A stretch of DNA of 32,451 nucleotides from Perkinsus chesapeaki ATCC PRA-425. Its lineage: Eukaryota; Protista; Perkinsozoa. Location of the stretch: contig JAAPAO010000402.1 of assembly GCA_013115145.1 (NCBI GenBank), positions 1-32,451 on the forward strand, written 5' to 3'. The notes beneath the pieces are model-generated. The model was not told the DNA's origin and made no database searches. It saw only the letters and a list, made by a program, of their open reading frames with translations. The position numbers and the translations under genes were made by a program. Below are positions 1 to 11,452 of this stretch, in pieces (the first letter of the stretch is position 1; each line of letters begins with the position of its first letter).

Positions 1-159
1 TAGGGTACATACCAGAACCATGTAAAGTTGTACCATAGCAGTAATGTAGGGTACATACCAGAACCATGTAAAGTTGTACCATAGCAGTAATGTAGGGTAC
101 ATACCAGAACCATGTAAAGTTGTACCATAGCAGTAATGTAGGGTACATACCAGAACCAT
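1..159. repeat. 46-bp minisatellite, ~3.4 perfect copies, probably truncated by the window edge
   Basis: Unit TAGGGTACATACCAGAACCATGTAAAGTTGTACCATAGCAGTAATG starts at 1, 47, 93 and partially at 139. No spacers; unit length is not a multiple of 3. Confidence 0.97.
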
Positions 160-446
160 ACTAATATGTCATACTAACATAACTTTAACTTCGCCTACAT
201 ACATAACCCACCCAACTGACAACACCCGCCCTTGGGCTAGAAAACAATTAATGATCTGGAAGATCGTAACAATCTGTGGGCAATACATGCCAGCCACACA
301 CCGACATGGTGGCTGCTTCCACGGATGAGCAGATCCACAATTTATCAATTGACGATGGAATTGAACCTAATATTGCTATTTAGAAAGAATAATAAAGAAT
401 CGTCTGCTCCTGGGCATGCAAATTGAAGTGTCTCTTTTCTACCCAG

Positions 447-3400
447 GACGAAGCGTCTCTTCTTCATCTGGACACATCCGAGCTTCCACACGGCCGAAAA
501 AACCGACAATATGTGCCGGGCTCAAAGATGTGAGTCTTACAATATCTTGCAATCTTGCATTTCCTCAACGGTAGGTAGCAACTACTGTGGTGTCCAAGCC
601 ACTAGCGGCGGCAACATCTCGACAAACTTCTGTGTGGGTTGGTATTGGAGATGTTAGCATTGCCGATCTTCTCGAGGCAAGCGTATATCAATACCTATTG
701 GTCTATTATGAAGGCGCTAAAGGGGAGCAACCGAAGGCAGCTAATGTCCCTCTGGTAGGCCTTGTTGGGTTTTTATAAGTCTACCGTTTTGAAGTTGATA
801 ATGTGGGATGATATTTCTTCAGAGATGCGATCTCATACACGCTGAGATGGTCTTCCGCTTTGATAGGCCTGAAATCCATAACAGCTTCGAGACTTGGAAA
901 TTCTTACGCCTATCAATTTATGGTGTCCCTTCCCACGCTTGATAATTGTGTAACTTCCGTTCAAAGATTCACCTGGTCTAGTAGTCCTGATTCTCATTAT
1001 GGTATGTCTGAGATATGATCTATTGGACAGAATCTACTTTATCAACCAGAATCTCAATGGAGGTTAAAACGAGTTGCCATAAACAGTGGAAGGAGCGATG
1101 CACGGTCGTGATGACCTGTGGGCGAATATTTTGGCGCGCAAGAATTATCACACTTGACGAAGGCCTTAAGAGTCGCTTTTACGGAATTGGTTCCCCTTTA
1201 TAGGTTTTATTACGATATGATACGTCTCCAGGAGCGCAGACGAAAAGTGACACACAAATCAGCCATGCGAGAGTTGAGCTTTCGATACTCCCCTTAAGAT
1301 TGACCTTGGACCAAGATACTCTTAATTGGCTCGACGTTTTTGTAAGTGACGGAAAATGCCAAAAATTTTCCCACAATTTTTCCAGGCGGAAAATGTCAAC
1401 ATGCATGTCTATGCCGCGGTGGATTTGAAACTGATGGGCGACTTTGAAAAAGAGGAAGTCCCGGAGGCACGGGGAGAGCTAGTGGAAGCGCGACAAGCGG
1501 AGTTAGAGCATCTTGGAGTGAGTCATAAATCCAAGTCGATCACGTGATCGATTGTATTCTTCAGTCCTCTGCTCTTCGAACGCCGAAGATTCCCCCTAGT
1601 ATTTGGCTGGATTCTTTCAAAATATCTGAGGTCGTTGCGTGCATTGATTATCGCTGTAAACGAGTTAATCTCAAACGACTACGCCGAGGAGACCGAGCCG
1701 AGCTTATCAATTTACTTCCGATTCTTGAAGGTCTTGAGGTAGATCTTGCAAATCTTGCATTTCCCTAACGCTAGTATCTTAGGTTAAACTAAGATCGGCT
1801 CATCTTCGTGGTCTTCGTAATGTCACTGAGTTGAGCGGACAGTTGATTGAGAGTTGGAAGGGAGATATGTCCAAAGCTCAGATGTTGAGGTGAGTATATT
1901 TCGTGGCGCGCGGTCAAATGTATACCATGCGTTCTTGTAACAGATGCCTACTCATTGGTACGAAAATTTCTGGGATTTTATCTTTTATTTTTTCCCCTCC
2001 ATTCTCGTCCACGCTGTATTCTCACAATTTCTCAATTTCTCCCATTTTTCCGATTTTTCCCGAATTTTCCTAATTTTCCAGTTTTTCCAACTTAGCCACG
2101 TTCAACCTCATATTCACTATCATCACTGTTTCATTATTCATCTCTTTCTAGTAGGTTTGATTCATTTGTTTTCCGCTTAACTTTTCGACTTCATCAGCTC
2201 AACCGCATCTGTTGTCGTTAATAATTCCTATTATTATTACTACTTACTTTTCATCGAATCATTTGCTCAGGTCAGTTTGTAGAATGACCCCAATAAGATC
2301 CCTTACTAATATCAGCTGCAGCCTCACCGAGCTTCTCTCATTACCATTCCTTCAGTAACAACTCGCCCTTACCCGCGAAGTACATCACCGTGACAGGTAT
2401 CGCTACACTTCCCCGATTGATTCTGTGGCAAGGGACCCTCGGACTGGCCGACGGCTCGGATGGTGGAGGCAGCTGTCAGAGTTCGCAACTTGCCTGACGG
2501 TAAGACACTCAGAATCGCAGCCCTCTGATAAGGCTAATGATTAGTGAATATACGCTTAATAATGAATCACAATATTTATCAATAGGTTACGAAAATGATA
2601 CCAGCTAATAATGCAAGCATCTGTTTAGTCCGTATACTTTCGGTCGATTTGTACCACAGGCATTAAGAGCATAATTGAGTGCAAAAGATTTTCCTCCGCC
2701 AATATCTCTCAAATTTTCCAGTGGAGTCGTTTTCCTTGATGAACGGTTCATTTATTCTCCAATTCATTTATTCACATGGGCACGTTCCCATCTGGCTTCC
2801 CGGAGACTCTACACGAAGCCAGGCTCTCCACTGGAGAGTGTGCTCGTCGGGGACCCAAAGGGTCTCTCGATGCGTAGGAACTCTCCTATAACAAATTCAT
2901 TCCTTCTGGACCTACGCTACTCCCTGACTGCATGCCAGCTCGCTCAGATTGAGTCCCTGACAGCACTGGAGCGTGCAGTGTCGACAACTCAATCAGTTCT
3001 GGAGACGGCATCAGATTTGGTGGATGCCACCGCCCCTTCGAGTTTGGTATCATCATCTTCGGCAGATTGGACAGCTGTCGAGTGTGTAGATGATAGAGGT
3101 GGGTGCTTGTGGGGGATCTGTATCCTAGCTCAATGGTAACTAGATTCTCAAAAGGTTGATGTTTTTTCAAAGTATTGTATGTGATATTTGGGGATTCAGA
3201 AGATGTTGACTTACTTGAAGCTGGGTGCTTACTTTTCCGTCGAAACCCCTCTCGGTTGATCCCAGAGGTGACTCGAGAATATATACGATTTGCCTCCTAA
3301 AAATTCCCAATTGAATGTGAGGGTTAGTTCCCGGTTATTCGGGTTTCCGGGTTTTGGGTTTCCGGGTTTTGGGTTTGTTTCTCGTGAATCTGCCGTGGAG

Positions 3401-5383
3401 CTGATGATTGCTCAGATTCAGACAGCGCCTCACAACGACATCTGACATCTGGGTCGATGGCTGACGATGACGATGACGAATGGCTATCGGTTGGCAGAGG
3501 TGCAGTCCGAGATCGCCATTTTGCGCCGAGTAGTGGAGTCGAGCAGCTCCAGTTCATCACACAAAGGCTGTCCCGCGATATTCAGAACACTGGGAGGGTA
3601 GGCGATGGACAGTTAATTAATCAACTGTGATTATCGAAATGCGTATCTAAGATGACACTTTCGCACTCTAAAGAATTCAGAAGTTAGATTTAGCAACCGT
3701 AGCGCTTGTTGCACCAGCAAAGATTCATTCGCTCTTCGTTCAATTCTCGCTGGTGCGGAGAGATGACATTCCTAATAAAAGAAGGAATATAGAGTTCTTC
3801 ACTGGTGATTATATTTGGCGTACCGCCGCTGTTGCTCGTATGAATATGTGACACATCGGGAATACTATGCGTTGATCGATTCAGATGTGCCAACTCACTA
3901 TGTGTTCTAGTACTATGATACAAAGTTTTAGACTCTTACGTTTATTAATCAACGAGAAATCGTAATAATACGGAATATTCTATTTCATTGGGGAGGGCTG
4001 TAAAAAGTTGTGGCCTTGAAGACATCGAAATTTCAACAGTAAACTCCCTCATCGCCCGGCTGTGGGTAACTAGCCATGAAGTGATGAATCGTTCTAGTGT
4101 AATATTAGGCATTTTCGTGATCATGTTCAAAATATCGTTTTGCGACGCTTAGGATCTACTAGGAACTTTTACTTCACTTTACTACTTCTGGCAGCTTCCT
4201 TAATTTTATTATTATCGGCTTGATATTTTCCCAGCTCGCTTCGACACCCAAATTGTATCTCAGGATGCCCTCATCGCTCCGCTACAGGACTACGCTCATG
4301 GTCGAGCCTCAACGGAGAGCGTTGTTGTATCGGTTGCCCGAGGTGAGTAAGGGGGTCGAAAATACATTTTTTTCACTAAGTTCGCTAGAGCTGAACTCGT
4401 ATGTCCGTGAATCGCATGTTTAGCTCGTGTCGGATTATTATCAGTATGAATCGGTTAAAAATTGGTAGTAGGCGTCATCCAAAGGCGGTTTAGGGCAAGC
4501 GATATCTTAACTCACGCGCATCCATGATACTCTTAATGCATCTACCTGCGGCAGCAGTGAGATAGGCTAATCTCGAGAACGGCTCAGATTTTCACGCCTG
4601 CATAGTGTTAAACGAGATTGGGCGCAAAATTAGAGAAAAACACTGAAAATGCGCCGAGGATCATTTTTGCTCGAAGCTTCCGAAGGCGAGTATGATTAAT
4701 ATTAGTAAGCTGACAATTCATCAATATTTTATGAAATTAAAGACAGCATATCGCAGGTCGTATGTTCACATTATTAAGCTCCTTTTCGGTAGTTGTCTCC
4801 CCTAGCTCCAGGGTAGTCCTCCTCGAGCATTAATAAACATCATTCTCAGGTGTTCCTCTGTGTATCCTTCGCCCAGCTGCAGGAGCTACAGAAGCTGTCT
4901 CGGTGGCTTTGAGAACAGCGACAAGTTCATTAGATAAAGGGCAGGCCGAAAAGGAAAGAGAAAGAAAGTAAGGAGGAGGAGGAGCCATTGCTTTCCGCAT
5001 GTCTGTCCCGGTCGAAAGTGGAGGTTAGTCGCCTGGTTAAAACATATGCGCGCGGTCGCCTACAGACTAGACGAGCAATTCTTTTATGGAAATCACAAAA
5101 AGGCAGTTTTCTGTACAAGTGAAATTTTCATGAAATTTTAGCACTGGCACTCCCACGTCACCGTCATCATGCCCACTGAAACTACAGGAAGGCTGCCTCT
5201 GGAAGGAGAACTATCAGAACTTCCAGGAACCTTGAGAAATGCCAGTGTCGGTTCCGAAGCGTACTCGCCGGTGGCGAGTGTGATCCTTGTAAATTGCCTG
5301 AACAGATTTTTGCATTGATGCTGCTGTTGTGCGATACTCATGTCTCCTTTCTTATCAGATTCAAGGGCCCCGGCATAGTTTAG
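447..5383 (+). CDS. ATG2: Autophagy-related protein 2 (ATG2)-like, C-terminal part; multi-exon, 5' end probably upstream of the window
   Basis: Spliced exons give ATG2-type motifs. ~1230-1340: ARVELSILPLRLTLDQDTLNWLDVF. ~1590-1738 joined to 1783-1889: WLDSFKISEVVACIDYRCKRVNLKRLRRGDRAELINLLPILEGLE|VKLRSAHLRG...IESWKGDMSKAQML. Then SLTELLSLPFLQ|YRY and IESLTALERAVSTTQSVLETASDLV. ATG_C-like end: LIAPLQDYAHG...VVSVAR|GVPLCILRPAAGATEAVSVALRTATSSLDKGQAEKERER|KFKGPGIV* (4850-4967, 5359-5383). GT-AG phases checked for several junctions. Confidence 0.85.
2025..2090. repeat. Degenerate ~10-bp periodic T-tract repeat inside an ATG2 intron
   Basis: caatttct caatttct cccatttttc cgatttttcc cgaattttcc taattttcca gtttttccaa. 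Confidence 0.8.
3341..3376. repeat. 15-bp tandem repeat (GGGTTTCCGGGTTTT) x2.4, intronic
   Basis: Units at 3341 and 3356, partial unit at 3371. Confidence 0.9.
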
Positions 5384-6293
5384 CCTTCTCCCCCCATCCC
5401 GTCCGCCTTCACTTTACCACTTCGTTGGCCGACAATTCTGTGAAGCTTTGTTGCTGTTTTTTATTATTATTAATGTTACATTTGATATGATGCATCCCTT
5501 CTATAATAATAGTATCACTCAGTAGTGGTAGTTATCACATTAGTATTATCACTTTATCTATAGAGGGCTTCGAGTTGACAGCTTATCAATGATACCTATG
5601 GACATTCACATACGGGCATCTAGACGTCTAGAAATATGTGTGTTTATAGTTCAATGCCAAAAAGGGTTAAATTAGACTATCCATACTGTATGCAACTGCT
5701 GCCGGGAGAGTTTCAAACCTATACTGTTTTATTAAAGTGTGTTCCTCAGGGATAAAAAATATTCCTAGTGCGCTGAGATAATGACATTTTGCTATATGGA
5801 ATTATGTTACTAGAACAGGGGGACATAGAGGCTATCCAAAAAGAATGGATTTGATGTTTCCTTTTGGCAGCGACTGCCAGGCAGTCTAGGGACATACACT
5901 ATATGGGCATTGGATAGAATTGTTCGTTATTAATAGAAAAATAGGATCTTAGTCAAACTCGAATTTGATCCTGGCTGGTCTGGGGGGACTTCTCGGTTTC
6001 GTTAATATACCACGCTAGCTGGGTCGTTTATGGCTGCTCAGCCGGCAGCCAAACTTCTATGCTGACGCTCGCCTGCTGCTGCTGCTGCCTGGTCAAAGGC
6101 AGAGAAGTGCTGCACAATAAAAACCTATTAGTCATAATCCTTTATAGAAAGATTCTGTATCTACCTGGCAGTGATATATTACCCACATTTTACAGTCTAC
6201 ACCGATTCCATACATTCCTGCCGAGGGTATATATATAGCCGACTTATCGAATTGTAAAATTCGAATTTTTCGCCAACCCGGTCGAATATCGTC

Positions 6294-9200
6294 ATGGGCC
6301 GCATGCCGTTAGAAAGTCACTCTCGAGAGCTTTCGAACGTCCCTGAGCTCCCTGAGCTTGAGAAACTGGACCTATTTACGTGGGCCTAGATGAACACTGT
6401 GAGACTAGGAGTATCTGGGGTAGCCTACCTCTATTGCACCATATACTACTATTTATACGTGGTTGTGCTACTATTATACATTATTATAGATGTCCTGCTG
6501 TGCCACATGCCTCAACGCTTCCTTTGTCTTCTGCTTACCCTACACTCCAACAGCCAAGCTTGTCGATACTCTTTTGGCGAGCCCGAGGTTGGTGTCGACA
6601 TTATCTTCACCGACACTTTGCCGGGTTTGGGAATCTCTGAGAGATCGGGTCGGTTTCACCATTACGATAATTGCACTTACAACGAACTCCCCGCGAATGT
6701 ATTCAACAGCAAGACTGATCTGCTCTCTGTTTTGCTGCCACCGAGCGACCAGTGGTCAGAGATCATCGTACAGATAGTTGAAGACGCTACGAGAATCGGT
6801 ATGGCTGAGCACCTTTATATAGACGATGGTCACGGCGGGGTAAATCGCTCGATGGCCTTCCTAAAGTATCGATTTAGCGCACTCTTGCTACCAGAAGTAC
6901 ACCAGAAGTTACCACCCCAAGTACTTCTGGATTGCATGGCTCATCACACTGTCCCGGTGGTTGATGCCAAGGCGGCAGAGAGAATCTCTGCGATGTCGAG
7001 ATTCTTCGGGCTGGCGATGATCAAGGCAATTGATTTCAGCCCGAGTGGGGCGTTGGACGTTTTGCACGCATACACAAGCGAGGCCTGGAAGGTTCAGACA
7101 AGCGCGCTGAGGCTTACTCAGGAATGGCTACATTTTCGGTATCGCCAGCCGCGTAGTGATATACAACAGAAGGTCGTCGAGATGGCATGCAAAATGGGGG
7201 CAAGCGAGGAAAGTGTATTGACAATATTTAGCAGAAGGAAGGCCTTTGAGAGACGAATGACAATAAGGAACACTTGGCTGAGGGCGTTGAACGGGGTGGG
7301 TCTTAAGAGGCTTAAGGCTCCGTTTAACACCGCTCGGCTTTGTTGTCTGTAGTGAAGTACTGCTTTTGCTGCCTTGCGCATCAGGAAGGTCTCGGCATGT
7401 ATATTACTGATACAGAATTTACGTGGCTGAGGTGTCCGTCAGGGTATATCAGGTTTTCCATCTACGGTGGGAAGACAACCTATTTGCTTTGAGATTTGTT
7501 GTCTCATTCTCGGTGAGAATCCCGCAGGAAGTTGACGCAATAAGAGACGCGATGATAGAAAGTTTCGGAAACCCATATTCAGATCCATCTCTTGCTTGTT
7601 GCGAGTTTCAAATATATGTTAGTGCCGTTGAATGCAACTGAAGCCTGACCTATTCTATAAACACCTGTCTACCGCGAGACATACTGCTGCCTCCCTCAGT
7701 TGGGCAACAAGAACATCAGTTATCGTTTCATTATTGCTGGTGATGGCCTAGGTCCTGGGGAGGCTCAGCTCCTCGAGAGAGAGAATGCCTTGTTTGGTGA
7801 TCTTGTTATACTGGATGATGCTCCAGAAGAATATCCAATCGGCAAGAAAGGTCCGAAAATAAACCGCGAGTCAGTAACGTATTAAATCCTGTTGTGAATG
7901 ATTGCTTCCTGGTATAGGCCGCTATTACAGGCCATGTCTCAGCTATTGAAAGGGTGTTGAATAATTATTGTCGTGAGCTTGTTCGCGATAACACTCAGTG
8001 TTAAACACTGTCTTGCAGCACCTGCTGCGTGTCCGGAATCGAGATTTAGAATATCTGAATGCCAATTCGGGGACTATTATCAAACCGAAAGTTTGTTTGT
8101 GTAAAGGACAAGCCAGTTGCTTGAAGCCACTGTGTATATTTGCAGGTCTGGCAACTATACGCTGGTTATGGTCAACCCATCCCAATACTTCATGGTGGCT
8201 CAAATGTGATGATGATATTTACTTGAGACCGGCTCCTATAATCGAGAGGCTATCGAGGTCCCCTACCGGCTACACTCGAGTGGCTAGAGGTGTCAGAAAA
8301 CCTCAGTCTTACTTGTTTAGAATTCAACCTCTCCGCTACTATTGGGGTACCTTCGATCGCAGCGGTAAAGCAGGCCCCTTCATAGACCCACGGCTGTTGC
8401 CTAACCAGGAGGATACTCTGCCGCCCTATGCTAGAGGTGCAACCCTGAGCTGCGTTTATTAAAGGGTTGCTGCTGCTCAGGCTCATTTCTGGCTATATCG
8501 ATGGACTTGGTCGGGGAAATCGCCGATAGAGATCCTTCCACGTGAGACAGTTCCTCGGTTGGATCTCTGTATCGCCATTACCTCTTCGTATGCTCCAAGG
8601 AAATGAACGCGACACTTATTGGTAACATATTTTTCTACCAAATTTCTGTCATATTTCCGCACCAGGAGTCCTGGTCCAGGACCACTTTCTGAATCTCGAG
8701 GACTTCTCTGAGATTGATTGATTCCCTTCACGTCTACCATGCACTTTTACTCTACTAGCTCAGCAAACCTCACTGTTCAAGATGCCAGATATTTTCATCA
8801 CATGGTTGTCTTAATGAGGAAGGTATCACTTTTTTCGTGACAGTTGCATGATAAAAACGGGACACTGGGCGCGCGCTGAAATCGTGCCAAGTATAATCAT
8901 GAAACGGTTGATCGATATCTCACTGGTTTCGTCTGATAAAACACATACCCTCCAATTTCGGTTTCCTAAGCCGCGTTGCAATGGACAGTAAATTTGTATA
9001 ACGAACTGCAACACACTGTAGGTTGACAAATCTCACTGTCGAAGATGCCAGTTATGGTTATTACATATACCAATTGAACGAATCATATACCATCGGGGAC
9101 GCCGATGAGGACACGTTCTCAATGGACCGGAAATGTTGCACAGGCAAGCCCCGCAGACGCCCTTCCCGGGCAGTGCCACCTTATAGAGGAGAGTCACCCT

Positions 9201-9435
9201 GGAAACTGCTGGAGCTCGCTTACTCCTCAAGTTGCTGTGGTTCATCATCTAACCGATCACCAAATGAAATGCATGTGGGACGTAGACGTCAGCCACGGCT
9301 TGTATACAGGTATCATCCACCTTGCGACCGCCCAACTCTGGGATGTCAGGTGCTGTCGGTGACTATGGCGAAGCTATTACTGCAGGAGTTCGTTCCAGCA
9401 TGCCCTCGTTGTGCGAGTGCGCTCCATCTCATTAG
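6294..9435 (+). CDS. GT31-family beta-1,3-galactosyltransferase-like glycosyltransferase with a long N-terminal extension; multi-exon
   Basis: GT31-type motifs in order: VLTIFSRRKAFERRMTIRNTWL; YRFIIAG...LLERENALFGDLVILDD; WWLKCDDDIYL (DxD); YYWG...LPPYAR|GSFLAISMDLV; NLTVEDASYGYYI; AVVHHLTDHQMKCMW; ends ...LCECAPSH* at 9433-9435. Start codon and the first two small exons are less certain. Confidence 0.88.
8899..8916 (+). repeat. Dispersed 18-mer ATGAAACGGTTGATCGAT, copy 1 (in the 480-nt GT31 intron)
   Basis: Identical to 25261-25278 and 29104-29121; the 17-mer is on the - strand at 30515-30531. Confidence 0.9.
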
Positions 9436-9877
9436 TTGCTACTTCCATCGACCTTGATTTCCCTCGGGAATACGGGAGCGCCGCCACCACTTTTCGCGTA
9501 GCTGCTATTAGATTTCTGTCCCTTCGGCTCCCCTCGAGGCAGCCGTTATGTTGTTGCGCAAGAACCCTTGGAAACGCCCGAATTATGTGCATGCGTGCAA
9601 ATTCATCTACCCACTTTTTCTTGCAATCGATGTGCTCTATTTTGTGCAACTGTCTCCCCGAGTGTTCATCGGTCCGTTTTCGATGGTCCTACGACAAAGG
9701 GAGTTTGGTAGCGCTTTGAATCTGTTGTCTATACTGCAAATAGTCGGATTCGGATATGATGCGCATGCGTGCTGATATCAGCCCTGCGACGCGTGCGCAA
9801 GTCGGCTTTCCTATCAGTTGGTGATTGACTGTATTCTCCTGTAGGCTTCCTAAGTACCTTTTTCTTATATAATTCTT

Positions 9878-11452
9878 ATGTCAACTGTTGGAGGGGAAGG
9901 AGCATATTCCAAGCAGGCAAATGAGGGCAACGTTGATGATAACAGCAGCGACGGGGAGGGGTGCCCGCAAGATGTGCCGCCGTTTGTGATGCCACCAAGG
10001 AGGGCTACAGTGGCGCTTGCTGCGCCAATACGCACTGATAGTGAAGCCTCTGATATTACTGGAACCGACGAAGCTGACGAAGGCGACGATCGAATGCATT
10101 TCGGTGGAAGGCCTGGCCGACGTCCGAGCGCTCCGGCTTCTAGGATCAATACGAATGATACGACCATGATGAGGAGAACCACTATGCCCGCTGGAAGCCT
10201 TCCGACTTCAAGAGCAACTGGTAAGAATAGAACAGGCTCTGGAGGGAGCGGAGGTAACTATCCTCCGACTGATTATAATGACCCTCAACTGGCCACGAGG
10301 ACCCTAATGGTCTATCGCTTCCCCAGAGAGGCTCAAGAGGTTGATTTAGGTAGGTGCGATGAAGTCGTATGTGTTTTATTATTGTCTTTATACAGCGTGC
10401 CGTTTTGGCGCATTCGGTCCGATAGAGCATGTCAAGGTTGTCTATGACCCAGTGACACATCTTCCTCGTTGTTACGGCTTTGTCCGATTCTGCTACCGTG
10501 AGAGTTGCATTATGGCGCTGAAGGCTTGTGAAGATGGAAAGATCATGATGGATGACCCCTTTGGAAGAACATGTAACTGAATACGACTCTTCATACCGCT
10601 CCTTCCTCAAATCACGATCTCTTAGGGCATTTCGAGGCCAAGTGGGCGCGAAATGCGAGGGCGGCAGGAGAGATTGACAGAAATGGCGGGGAGAAAGAAC
10701 CGCAACCGCCGCTGCCAGTGGCATCGAAGACTTTCACTGATGCTTCTGCGGAAGAGTGAGATTGTTACCCTCCTAGCAGTTTTTATTGTTCTTGCCAGGC
10801 GTGGAGGATCTTCGTTGCTGCCTAACCCGGCAGGGGGAGGGGACAGCACGAACAAGTCTGATGAGACTAAGACTCCAACCTCTACTAGAGCACCTGCCAG
10901 TGGTGCCACACCCGGGCCTGCGGATCCCTTCGCCTCCTTCAGCGATGCTGACTTGGCTCTGATCAATGCAGCAGTACGGTCCATTGATACACTTGAGTTG
11001 ATTTATTGTTTTTTAGACATCCCCGGTGATTTCCGGTATAGAGTCCAGGGAGTTAATTGATGAGGACAACTCAGTTCAAGCTTTATCAGCAAAGGCTCTC
11101 GAGGAGGCCGAGAATTTGGCGACCTCGAGCGCCGCGGCGGCAGCAGCAGCGGCGGCCCTCAGCCACAGTGGGACTTCTCAGGCCGACTTGGCGAAGCTTA
11201 TCGAGACTGTGTTCAAGGTGAGGACCTTCCACGATAGTCTTATCCTATAACTGGCTTTTATAGGCAGTTCGATCGAGCGCTTTGGCTCACCTCACAGGCG
11301 GTACATTGGGCCAACCTGGAGGGACTCCACAAGCCCAAAATGCAACGGCCATGCACGACTTTCTTGCTTCTATGGTTGACGAACCGTCGGTGCTGCCGCC
11401 CCCTTCGGACAGTGAGGCTGTCAAAAGAAGTTCTACAAATGGTTCCAGCTGA
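9878..11452 (+). CDS. RRM-domain RNA-binding protein with low-complexity N- and C-terminal regions; 6 exons
   Basis: RNP2-like RTLMVYRFPREAQEVDL, then FGAFGPIEHVKVVYDPVTHLPRCYGFVRF (RNP1) and WHFEAKWAR. Five short GT-AG introns keep the frame to TGA at 11450-11452. Confidence 0.9.

Noticed and set aside
1-159. CRISPR-like repeat array
   Set aside because: Units are directly adjacent with no spacers, the context is eukaryotic and there are no cas genes.
357-367. B-box-like GGTTCAATTCC on the - strand
   Set aside because: Not followed by the acceptor strand, A and TTTT geometry, and not in a sense-strand intron; consistent with chance.
2372-2510. HNH-like peptide REVHHRDRDPRTG from one possible splice
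   Set aside because: The alternative splice (intron GTAAC...GACAG) yields the ATG2-type LPFLQYRY, so REVHHRD is intronic.
2886-3170. Minus-strand 94-aa ORF
   Set aside because: Antisense shadow of an ATG2 exon.
3696-3703. ACCGTAGC, resembling the start of the Perkinsus/dinoflagellate-type spliced leader
   Set aside because: Only 8 nt match; the rest of the leader (CATYTTGGCTCAAG) is absent. No SL gene or relic was seen in the window.
5964-5976. TTTGATCCTGGCT, matching the bacterial 16S 5' end
   Set aside because: 13-nt match with no downstream rRNA similarity.
7296-7352. Intron containing GGTCTTAAG...TTAAGGCTCC, reminiscent of the tRNA-Leu(AAG) D-loop and anticodon region
   Set aside because: Spacing does not fit a cloverleaf and no stems form; too weak to add to the tRNA-intron set.
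9865-10984. Minus-strand ORFs of 105-180 aa
   Set aside because: Antisense shadows of the GC-rich, low-complexity RRM gene exons.
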